Of a stretch of 32,000 nucleotides of DNA, positions 10,101 through 16,543 are shown piece after piece. Where the stretch lies: positions 2,970,001 to 3,002,000 of the forward strand of contig NZ_CP064923.1 in NCBI RefSeq assembly GCF_018336915.1. Reading direction: 5' to 3'. The stretch is from Acaryochloris marina S15 (lineage in GTDB: Bacteria; Cyanobacteriota; Cyanobacteriia; Thermosynechococcales; Thermosynechococcaceae). The notes beneath the pieces were generated by a model. It was not told the origin of the DNA and ran no database searches. It was given only the letters and a program-made list of their open reading frames with translations. Within the stretch, counting starts at the first letter, position 1. Each line of letters opens with the position of its first letter. The position numbers were made by a program, and so were the translations under genes.

Positions 10101-10245
10101 GCGCATAAGAATTCCAATACTTATAAACCACCTGAGTTAAAAAAACCTGTTTCACTTCCTCCGGGACATCAGCACTACTGAGAGTCTGAAAGCCCTGATC
10201 AGGGAAGCTAGTGTAAACCAGTTGACCAAGATCTAGCGTTAGCAT
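7111..10245 (-). CDS. Multidomain membrane protein: unknown N-domain (~125 aa), caspase-fold (C14/CHAT-like His-Cys) protease, EF-hand loop, helical linker, one TM helix, 7 WD40 repeats
   Basis: 1044-aa ORF. Caspase dyad contexts LLVIYFSGHG (His306, codon 9328-9330) and VVLLDCCY (Cys360/361, 9163-9168). EF-hand loop DQNCDGSISVEE (8938-8973). TM RVWWFAGAGAIALLLLMSIL (about 8179-8238). Seven repeats end in KLW/KVW. AGGAAG lies 8 nt upstream of ATG 10245. Confidence 0.85.
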   Translation of the reverse strand: MLTLDLGQLVYTSFPDQGFQTLSSADVPEEVKQVFLTQVVYKYWNSYAPPQPGYRAAYLAQISSELTLFGWMYNQGDDDLGRSHIPYFIAYCLAGPLDNPLLDKIYACLERGPVTLIERHSVSPDLQKVVIDQIEDLPPTLPGVTIPSGSRARCRLLLNKGKLLSFSVAIPGESELANGKGNDPEISPETTAVPLSPEVDNQPLLSSLERLLESPRITLDSMARVPTTKNALLIGVSHCEHGFEPLPGVQQDIAVMKQVLENPKIAAFDEVQTLLNPNPQILAESLESFCQDRDVDDLLVIYFSGHGVVLDDHGRFGLTTSMSRTNSKDKVVRSTLVSADLLQDILNDSKAERQVVLLDCCYRQPSTSASNPHLGGVNLPQYLGGLGRTIMTSATQARHAFVHKGADLSLYTFYLVEGLRTGAADQNCDGSISVEEWYAYAKRKVKQEIPAIEPQIYNVKAVQNLALAQAPIDQPQFAYRRQFEFYAGRGEISPVNRVILDNLQSSLDLDLEMAKTIEAEVSKPGKAYQTKLQEYAMAFVEAVRQEYPVSDYLQDQFRQFQATLGLTDADTIPVESAIIRQVQVIQFPGQAPEVPRRVAPSSTWSNQTVIQPLHQALGVGQQTLQTSAQHLSSMGQNLSTTVSQYVRNARLRGNLSSLSWRQLQTVPKRVWWFAGAGAIALLLLMSILRQQQEGQQRQKEAQQMEFWQSLAQQKRYDNCIAQTQNIPKDSRLYPSAQKLFSQCQAGINWKNAQLKTLSNAPKQAIWSVALSPDGKTLIGSGDQNDIKLWNLGKGQLIRTLSDHKDQVWTIALGPKGKILASASGDCTIKLWDVPTGKLLRTFAAHPKTVWSVAISPDGTLLVSGSEDQTLKVWNIKTGKLVRTLKGHSGQVRSVTISANGQMIASASSDKTVKLWDLKTGKLMRTFQGHTGRVISIAFGPSSQQLASASQDKTVKLWDLKSGKLNQTIQEHAKPVTAVTFSPDGNTLATGSLDRTVKLWNLSTGALRHTLTGYQGDIYSLAFAADGQSLVSSSKNSAIKVWSRD
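7114..7956 (-). repeat. Seven tandem 126-bp (42-codon) WD40-encoding units inside the 7111-10245 CDS
   Basis: Protein repeats have the form xVWSVAxSPDGxxLxSxSxDxTxKLWxLxTGKLxRTLxGH. An identical 24-mer ATCCCAGAGCTTCACCGTCTTATC occurs at 7372-7395 and 7498-7521, exactly 126 bp apart. Confidence 0.9.
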
Positions 10246-10268
10246 CAGAGGGTCTTCCTAAAGTGAGG

Positions 10269-11651
10269 TTACGGGTTAGGTTTGGACTGGGCCTTATCAG
10301 CCATCTTCCGGATTTCCTTCTTTAACGAATCCGTTGGCGCAGCAACCTCAGCCTTAGAAAATAGGGTTTTAGCAGCTGCATTATCCCCCTGTTCAACGCG
10401 CAATGTAGCTTTGCTGGTGAGAGCTAGAATGCTGTTTGGATCTATCTTCAGGATTTTGTCGTAGACCGTTTCTTCCTTCTGCTTGTTCCCATTCAGGGCG
10501 TATAGCCCCGCTAGTTCAAATAGAAAATCAGCCTTCTCCGGCTGTTGGTCCACCAACTTTTCCATAAGGGGTAGAGCCTTATCAAATTCTGTCAAATCCG
10601 AATAGAGCCGAGAGAGCTGCAGCAATGCTTCTGGATCAGTCGGGGACTGCTCCAAAATCTCCTGGTATTGTTGAACCTTTTCATTAGGAGTCAAGTTCGC
10701 TTGTTCAGTAGGGGAATTGCCGAGCAAGCCCGTTCCAAATCCAACCGCTACCGCCACGCCAACGGCGAGAAGGCCAGCGATGGCTGCCACTCCCCAAAGC
10801 TGTTTATTAGAGGTAGCTCTCCCCCCTCCTCTGGGACGAGAGAGAGATAAAGGCTGGGCACTATTGTCTAATAAACGGTTAAATCCACTAGCCAAAGACT
10901 GAGGTCGGCCTTTGCGATGAATTTTACTTAACTCTGTCGCCAACCAGAGCAATGGCGCAGAGGCTCCTTTTGCCTGCAATACCGACATTTTTCCATTTTT
11001 AACGATGGGAATCGTAGAGTAAAATCTGCGATATTGAATTTGATTGGCATCCAAACGGGCCATTAAGGGTCGAATATTTTCTTCTATTTTTAGTAATTTC
11101 TGGGGATTTTCTGCCAAAAGATCACATTTGGTCAGCACAATAGCAAAGACATAGGTCAAACCACTTTGCCGAGCGAGAGAAGCGATGGTTTCGACCTGTT
11201 TAACAATGCCTTGAAGCGTCTGGCTGTAAGCAGAATTATTAAACAGCGTATAGGTATCAATAAAGACACAACAACCATGGGAGTCCATCACCATTTTCTG
11301 AAAATTGGGGTTGTCGTTATTGCAAATTTCTCCAGGGATATCCCACCAGCGAAACTGACAGAGATCCTTCTCACCAAAAAGGTTTTGAGTTTTCGCGGAA
11401 AACTCAAAATTAGTCATTTTCATGGTTGCTGGCGGGTATTGACCCGTTTGGGCAATATATTCCAGCAATGTGTTCAAATTATGTTGAACCTGGGTATCCT
11501 GACAGTCAAACCAGGTAGATGATTTTCGCGACCCACTATTAGCTTTTTGTTCGGCATAGCTACCCACTAAAAAGACGGTTTTACCTACACCCCGATGACC
11601 AATGCTGAGTAAGTTAAACGTCTGCGTTTTTGTTTTTGACGGAGCATTCAT
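10269..11651 (-). CDS. Membrane-anchored small Ras-like GTPase with C-terminal TPR repeats
   Basis: G1 GHRGVGKT (res 18-25), G3 WDIPGE (103-108), G4 TKCD (174-177). A basic stretch RPRGGGRATSNK precedes TM LWGVAAIAGLLAVGVAVAVGFGTGLLG (res ~285-311). An acidic region follows, then about 3 TPR-like repeats (ALLQLSRLYSDLTEFDKALPLMEKLV..., FLFELAGLYALNGNKQKEETVYDKILKIDP..., ALTSKATLRVEQGDNAAAKTLFSKA). The stop lies 23 nt upstream of the caspase-WD40 ATG. Confidence 0.8.
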   Translation of the reverse strand: MNAPSKTKTQTFNLLSIGHRGVGKTVFLVGSYAEQKANSGSRKSSTWFDCQDTQVQHNLNTLLEYIAQTGQYPPATMKMTNFEFSAKTQNLFGEKDLCQFRWWDIPGEICNNDNPNFQKMVMDSHGCCVFIDTYTLFNNSAYSQTLQGIVKQVETIASLARQSGLTYVFAIVLTKCDLLAENPQKLLKIEENIRPLMARLDANQIQYRRFYSTIPIVKNGKMSVLQAKGASAPLLWLATELSKIHRKGRPQSLASGFNRLLDNSAQPLSLSRPRGGGRATSNKQLWGVAAIAGLLAVGVAVAVGFGTGLLGNSPTEQANLTPNEKVQQYQEILEQSPTDPEALLQLSRLYSDLTEFDKALPLMEKLVDQQPEKADFLFELAGLYALNGNKQKEETVYDKILKIDPNSILALTSKATLRVEQGDNAAAKTLFSKAEVAAPTDSLKKEIRKMADKAQSKPNP

Positions 11652-11964
11652 AAGTTAGTACTAGCGAAAAAGTGGGGGCAAGTAAAAATATCAATATCAA
11701 GATTTAGGTTATTGCCTCTAATTTACATAGAGCAATATCTATTAGGGAAGCTTTGTTAATCATTGTTGCATAGGCTTGATACCCAAAAGCTCAGGATTGT
11801 CTCTAGTCCACCTCTCACAACTTATTGACAGTATCATCTTGCTAGTCACGTCCCTGGCCACCTTGGCAACCTAGCGGAGTCAAGGAATAGGTAATGGACA
11901 GATTTAGAGGATTAATTGTTGCATTGCGATCGCAAACCTCTCCCCAAATCCACAGGTACACTCT

Positions 11965-12951
11965 CTATTCAGAAGACCAACGAGCGTTCTCATCTAACCA
12001 CGCATCCAAGGGTTGAGGCATTATCGCCTCTGTCTCTTGAGTCCTGCGAAATAACATTGTGAAAGCACCCGCCCCCAGACCAGACTGGGGCCATATCCGG
12101 TAACAAGGCATATCCGTTAAGTGAGACTGAAAGGCCAACAAAGCGTCAACTGGTTGAGGTGCAAAGTGCGGGAAGCGGCGAGTAAACCAACGACAGACCC
12201 GCTCGTTCTCTGCTTCAGAAAAAGCACAGGTCATATAGGCTAAATATCCTCCTGGAACAACTAAACGAGAGGCATTAGCTAGGATTCGTCTTTGTCGTTT
12301 CGCATTGTGTTTGATAGAAACGGGATGAAAACAACCTGGTGCAGACTCTCCTTTCGCCAGTAAAGATTGCCCCGTACAAGGGGCATCGACTAACACCACA
12401 TCAGCACTGGCAGGGATAGCATCTGCCAAAACGGATGGATCCGCACTCAACACCCGCACAGGATTGATTTGACATCGTTTCAAATTACTAATGAGCAGCC
12501 CCACGCGCTTACCAATCACTTCGTTACTAATGAGTAAGTGGGGCTGCAGCAATCGCCAAGCTAAAAGACTTTTGCCTCCTGGGGCTGCACACAAATCGAG
12601 GACGACGTTGGGTTGTTCCTTAATGGCAGTGAGGGACGTTGCAGCAAAGGCAGAGGAAAAATCTAGGCAATAATAGGCTCCCTGGTTGTGTAGATCATGC
12701 TTGCCTGGACGCTCCCCAATCACCAGTCGATCTACAAATGGGAGCTGCCAGGGGAGGGCATCAACTCGCTGAAACGAGTCTTCATCCAGTCGCTCTGTGG
12801 CCCAGGCAATACAAGGACCATAAGGTTTAGGGTCCGTCAAAGCTTGAATAAAGGCTTGTTGTTGCTGAGGGTCTGACCATAGCTTCAGACTTAATTTTGT
12901 CAACAACTTAGACACGGCAAACCTTTGAAGATAAGGGCAAGGGTCTTGCAA
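11965..12951 (-). CDS. SAM-dependent RNA cytosine-C5 methyltransferase (NOL1/NOP2/Sun, RsmB/RsmF-like)
   Basis: SAM-binding motif VLDLCAAPGGKS and catalytic-Cys motifs VLVDAPCTGQSL and YMTCAFS. There is no ATG near the 5' end, so the start is TTG 12951 or GTG 12915 and is uncertain. Confidence 0.75.
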   Translation of the reverse strand: MQDPCPYLQRFAVSKLLTKLSLKLWSDPQQQQAFIQALTDPKPYGPCIAWATERLDEDSFQRVDALPWQLPFVDRLVIGERPGKHDLHNQGAYYCLDFSSAFAATSLTAIKEQPNVVLDLCAAPGGKSLLAWRLLQPHLLISNEVIGKRVGLLISNLKRCQINPVRVLSADPSVLADAIPASADVVLVDAPCTGQSLLAKGESAPGCFHPVSIKHNAKRQRRILANASRLVVPGGYLAYMTCAFSEAENERVCRWFTRRFPHFAPQPVDALLAFQSHLTDMPCYRIWPQSGLGAGAFTMLFRRTQETEAIMPQPLDAWLDENARWSSE

Positions 12952-13072
12952 GTCCCCTGTAAACTGCTCCTTAGTATAAGACTACAGTTTATGATTTGTG
13001 TGACTAAGATTTACTATTCTCGTGTCGGGTCAATAACGGGTTTTATCAACACCATCACTAGGGCCATTTGAA

Positions 13073-13705
13073 ATGTCTGGAGTAACAGAAAAGCAACTTC
13101 CTACCCTGGATCAGGAATGTATTCAAGCAGCCCATGCTGCATTGATGGGATCTGCCCCCAAAATCCCTACCCAGTCATTACTAGAGTCGCTGTTGCAACG
13201 GGAGAAAATAGCTCAGCCCAAGTCCGATCATACATTCGAACAATTTGCGGGCACCTGGCGACTCTGTTTTGTTACCGGGAAGAAACCCCATCAACATCAG
13301 AATCAAAGGGTTGGCAACGGATTCTACATCCCCCGCTGGGTCAAGATGACAATCGTCTATTCCCCCGGCAACCCAACTAATTACGGGCCACAAACGTCAG
13401 ACACCGTCGGTCAAATTGCTAACCAGGTGAAATGGGCAGGCCTGAGCTTGTCCTTGACTGGCCCTGCTCGTTGTTGGGCTAAAAAAAATATTATGGCCTT
13501 TGACTTTACGAGAATGGAATTTAAAGCTTTTGGTCGAACGATCTATCAAGGTTTTATTCGCGGCGGCCAGGAAAGCGAACAGACTTTTTGGGATGGCCAT
13601 GTCCGTACCCAAGCCTTTTTTGTTTATTTTCTCATCCATGAAAAGGTTCTGGCCGCTCGGGGCCGGGGCGGAGGGATTGCATTATGGGCAAAAACTAAGC
13701 CCTAG
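13073..13705 (+). CDS. PAP/fibrillin-like (plastid lipid-associated protein family) protein
   Basis: 210 aa. FAGTWRLCFVTG and the C-terminal FFVYFLIHEKVLAARGRGGGIALWAK resemble the G.W.L and DedlRI.RG..G...vl signatures of fibrillins. This is recognition from memory only. Confidence 0.5.
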   Translation: MSGVTEKQLPTLDQECIQAAHAALMGSAPKIPTQSLLESLLQREKIAQPKSDHTFEQFAGTWRLCFVTGKKPHQHQNQRVGNGFYIPRWVKMTIVYSPGNPTNYGPQTSDTVGQIANQVKWAGLSLSLTGPARCWAKKNIMAFDFTRMEFKAFGRTIYQGFIRGGQESEQTFWDGHVRTQAFFVYFLIHEKVLAARGRGGGIALWAKTKP

Positions 13706-13794
13706 GACCTCTATTTCACTCCCTATTACCGAAAGAGTGGGCAAATTAGCATCGACAAAGTTAGATAGTTAGCATAGTCTAGTTAGAGTTATAA

Positions 13795-13867
13795 GCGCTC
13801 GTAGCTCAGCGGATAGAGCAGTTGCCTTCTAAGCAATTGGTCGCAGGTTCAAGTCCTGCCGAGCGCG
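13795..13867 (+). tRNA. tRNA-Arg (anticodon UCU)
   Basis: A 73-nt cloverleaf folded by hand. Acceptor GCGCTCG/CGAGCGC, D arm GCTC-AGCGGATA-GAGC, anticodon arm GTTGC-CTTCTAA-GCAAT, variable TGGTC, T arm GCAGG-TTCAAGT-CCTGC, discriminator G. CCA is not encoded. Confidence 0.93.
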
Positions 13868-13992
13868 TTTTTTATCCCAAAGTAATGGGTTCGCCCATTT
13901 CCCAACCCTTTGGATTCTCTAATCCTTGCAAATGCATTACAGTGTTCATGATCCGCTGAAGAATCAGCGATTTGATGAGTACAGGATGACAG

Positions 13993-15000
13993 ATGGCAAA
14001 ATACGACGTTTACGGTCTCGGCAACGCCCTCGTAGATATTGAATGCGAAGTTTCTGTAGAGGTATTGCAGAACCTTGGGGTCGATAAGGGCGTGATGACC
14101 CTATTAGAAGAAGCTGATCAACAGCGAATTATTGACCATCTCAGCAACTATTCTCTGAAGCGAGGATGTGGTGGATCGGCGGCCAACACCCTGATTGCCG
14201 TTAGCCAGTTTGGCGGTAAATCTTGCTACTCTTGCAAGGTTGCCAATGACGAACCCGGTCAGTTTTATCTAGATGATTTAATCCGTTGTGGCGTGGCTAC
14301 CAACCTGCAGCAGCATCAGCCAGAGGCTGGCGTCACCGGCAAGTGCTTGGTGTTCGTTACCCCGGATGCGGATCGGACCATGAATACCTTTTTGGGGATC
14401 TCAGGACGCTTTTCTGAAGCTGAACTGTTGCCGGATGCGATCGCAAACTCCGCCTACACCTATATCGAAGGCTATCTGGTCACCTCACCCGACGCAAAAG
14501 CGGCCGCGATTAAGGCGAGAGATATGGCTAAAGCGGCAGGTCAAAAAGTGTCCCTGACCCTCTCTGACTTCAACATGGTCAGCTTTTTCAAAGACGGTCT
14601 TTTGGAGATGATTGGCTCCGGCTTAGATTTAATCTTTGCCAACGAAAGCGAAGCCCTCAAAATGGCCGAGACGGAAGATATGTCTGCAGCCATTGAACAT
14701 ATGAAGACCCTGGCAACTTGTTTTGCCATCACTCGGGGGCCTCAAGGCTCATTGATTTACGATGGCCAGCAGGTCTTAGAGATTGCACCGACACCGGTAC
14801 AAGCTATCGATACCGTCGGAGCAGGAGATATGTATGCCGGAGCCGTTCTCTATGGCATTACCAATGGCATGAGCTACACCGAAGCTGGACAGCTCGGATC
14901 AGTCGCTGCAGCCAAACTCGTTGCGAGTCTTGGTCCCCGGATGCCAACGGATGTGACTCGTAGTCTCTTAACTGCAGTAAAAACGGATTCCAAAGGTTAG
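13993..15000 (+). CDS. PfkB-family kinase, adenosine kinase-like
   Basis: N-terminal YDVYGLGNALVDIE, GGSAANT, and the PfkB C-terminal signature DTVGAGDMYAGAVLYG. Confidence 0.7.
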   Translation: MAKYDVYGLGNALVDIECEVSVEVLQNLGVDKGVMTLLEEADQQRIIDHLSNYSLKRGCGGSAANTLIAVSQFGGKSCYSCKVANDEPGQFYLDDLIRCGVATNLQQHQPEAGVTGKCLVFVTPDADRTMNTFLGISGRFSEAELLPDAIANSAYTYIEGYLVTSPDAKAAAIKARDMAKAAGQKVSLTLSDFNMVSFFKDGLLEMIGSGLDLIFANESEALKMAETEDMSAAIEHMKTLATCFAITRGPQGSLIYDGQQVLEIAPTPVQAIDTVGAGDMYAGAVLYGITNGMSYTEAGQLGSVAAAKLVASLGPRMPTDVTRSLLTAVKTDSKG

Positions 15001-15575
15001 ACAAGCAATAGAACCGACCCCATACACCAGCAAAGTCAAAAAGAAACCTATGGCCCTCCCTGGGGAGGGACCATAGATAACAATCACACCATAGGCATGG
15101 GCCATTCGGCCCACACTGTAGGTCATCCCCAATCCCCAAATAAGAGGGGATGGAGCCTGCATAAGTTCTAATACCAATTTGAGCCTAAAAGCGTAATCAT
15201 AAAATTCGTAAAACCCTTTGTTGGCAAAGTTTCATAGCAAATCAAAATTACACTTTTTGATGCTTATTGGTATAAAGCAATCAGAAATAGCAACGCCAGC
15301 GGCGTATATTCAACGAAGTTGCCAAACGCTCGCACCTTTCGTTGTAAACGTCCCTGGTCAGGTTTGGGAGTCAAAAACCATCCCTTCAAGATTTTCTCAA
15401 CCCAAGCTGCCCATAGATTTGGATCATCCAGGTAGTCACGCTGATAGACGATATCTTCTGGACTCATACCATGCCAAAGTCTAGCTTCAGCTCGCTCCCA
15501 AACAACCATTAGGGATAAGACCACTGCTAGCAAGCCGTTGAGACTCAAAAAAATGCTGGAAATTGGGAGAAACAT
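14968..15575 (-). pseudogene. MAPEG-family membrane protein gene interrupted by a 101-bp inverted-repeat element
   Basis: The track shows two ORFs in different frames, 15264-15575 and 14968-15177. The first carries the MAPEG-like motif RAFGNFVEYTPLALLFL and the second carries SVGRMAHAYG. Removing 15169-15272 in silico (element plus one TAA) fuses them in frame as ...LLFLIAL|ELMQAPSPLIWGLG..., about 167 aa with 4 hydrophobic helices. Confidence 0.7.
15172..15272. mobile_element. 101-bp MITE-like non-autonomous element (7-bp terminal inverted repeats, 3-bp TAA target duplication)
   Basis: TACCAAT (15172-15178) and ATTGGTA (15266-15272) are flanked by direct TAA (15169-15171 and 15273-15275). 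Subterminal arms also pair: AAAAGCGTAAT versus ATTACACTTTT, 10 of 11. A central hairpin is CTTTG-ttgg-CAAAG. The element has no coding capacity and brings in an immediate TAA stop. Confidence 0.65.
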
Positions 15576-15639
15576 AGGATTGAGATAGATTTGAATGGGT
15601 CCACCTTATCCAGATCTACACTGACTTTCGAGTCCCCAA

Positions 15640-16335
15640 ATGGGTACAAATATGCGATTAACGCCCTTAATCCATGGCATTGTTTCTGCCAAAACAGAAT
15701 CTGAGTTGCGATCGCAGTTTATGGATAAAGCCGGGCATTGTGCAAGAGCCCAAGCCTGGGGCTTAGATCTTCTCGATCAGCGCCAACAAATCATGACTTC
15801 AGACTTGGTCGGGCTCCCCGTATCTTTTTGCGATCGCTATCAAAGGATTGGTCGAGATCAAGATCTCACCAGCCAAAAAATGATTCGCCAACAAATCCCA
15901 GTGCAGATGTGCTCCCTTTCTACTCAAAAGCAGTCCCCCAATAGGATTCAAGATCTTTGCAGGATCTACCAGATAGAACATGGAGTCGTAGCTCCAATTT
16001 TGGGCGGAGGACGATTATTGGGTGGCATCTACTTCCTGCGTCACCCAGGCTATCCTTCCTTTCAAGCCCGCGATTTATTGTATATCAGCACTTTTTGCCA
16101 GCATTTAGCCGTCCAATTGACGACCCTTCGCTTTATTCATCACACTTCGACGAAACCTTTTGCACTCACCCACCGAGAATCAGAAATTGTCGATCTTGTG
16201 GCCCAAGGGTTCACCAATCGGGAGATTAGCCGTTGCTTATTCATCAGTACAGATGGGGTCAAGCAAGCGCTGAAGCGACTATACAAAAAAGTCGGTGTTT
16301 CCAATCGAGCTGCCCTAGTTGCCAAGCTGAAATAG
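15640..16335 (+). CDS. LuxR-family transcriptional regulator with an N-terminal GAF-like sensory domain
   Basis: C-terminal HTH LTHRESEIVDLVAQGFTNREISRCLFISTDGVKQALKRLYKKVGVSNRAALVAKL. The N-terminal ~160 aa form an alpha/beta sensory-type region. Confidence 0.8.
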   Translation: MGTNMRLTPLIHGIVSAKTESELRSQFMDKAGHCARAQAWGLDLLDQRQQIMTSDLVGLPVSFCDRYQRIGRDQDLTSQKMIRQQIPVQMCSLSTQKQSPNRIQDLCRIYQIEHGVVAPILGGGRLLGGIYFLRHPGYPSFQARDLLYISTFCQHLAVQLTTLRFIHHTSTKPFALTHRESEIVDLVAQGFTNREISRCLFISTDGVKQALKRLYKKVGVSNRAALVAKLK

Positions 16336-16449
16336 AACCTCTCGATTTCAAGCCAACCGATTTACCCTAGTCAAAGGTGGCAAATATTATGCGAAAAAGG
16401 AATATATTTCAAGAAATAGTGAGCATTTTGGCTATCAGACCTTATATAA

Positions 16450-16477
16450 TTGACAAATTTGGATTTCACAGTAAATT
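16450..16477 (+). promoter_or_regulatory. Candidate sigma70-type promoter upstream of the pentapeptide/beta-barrel gene
   Basis: TTGACA (16450-16455), a 16-nt spacer, then TAAATT (16472-16477), about 67 nt upstream of ATG 16544. This is a motif match only. Confidence 0.25.
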
Positions 16478-16543
16478 TTAGAATCAATTGGTCAATACTT
16501 CTAAATACTACGTTTAAATCATTGGTGACGGGGGGTCAACAGA

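Noticed and set aside
11166-11522. 118-aa plus-strand ORF, and similar 60-110-aa ORFs such as 2210-2521, 2505-2729, 6587-6874, 7439-7645, 9344-9850, 26382-26699 and 27222-27557
   Set aside because: All lie antisense within long, motif-rich minus-strand genes. They have low-complexity or Arg/Ser-rich translations and no recognisable motifs or ribosome-binding sites. They are typical shadow ORFs.
13795-13992. tRNA-Arg as a possible integration site for a genomic island
   Set aside because: There is no integrase or phage gene nearby, and I noticed no second copy of the tRNA 3' end in the window. The flanking genes are ordinary housekeeping genes with HIP1 sites. This was an eye search only.
14968-15575. 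The two track ORFs (69 aa and 103 aa) treated as separate small genes
   Set aside because: They are the two halves of one MAPEG-type protein, separated by a 101-bp inverted-repeat insertion. The 69-aa ORF only 'starts' at a TTG created by the frame.
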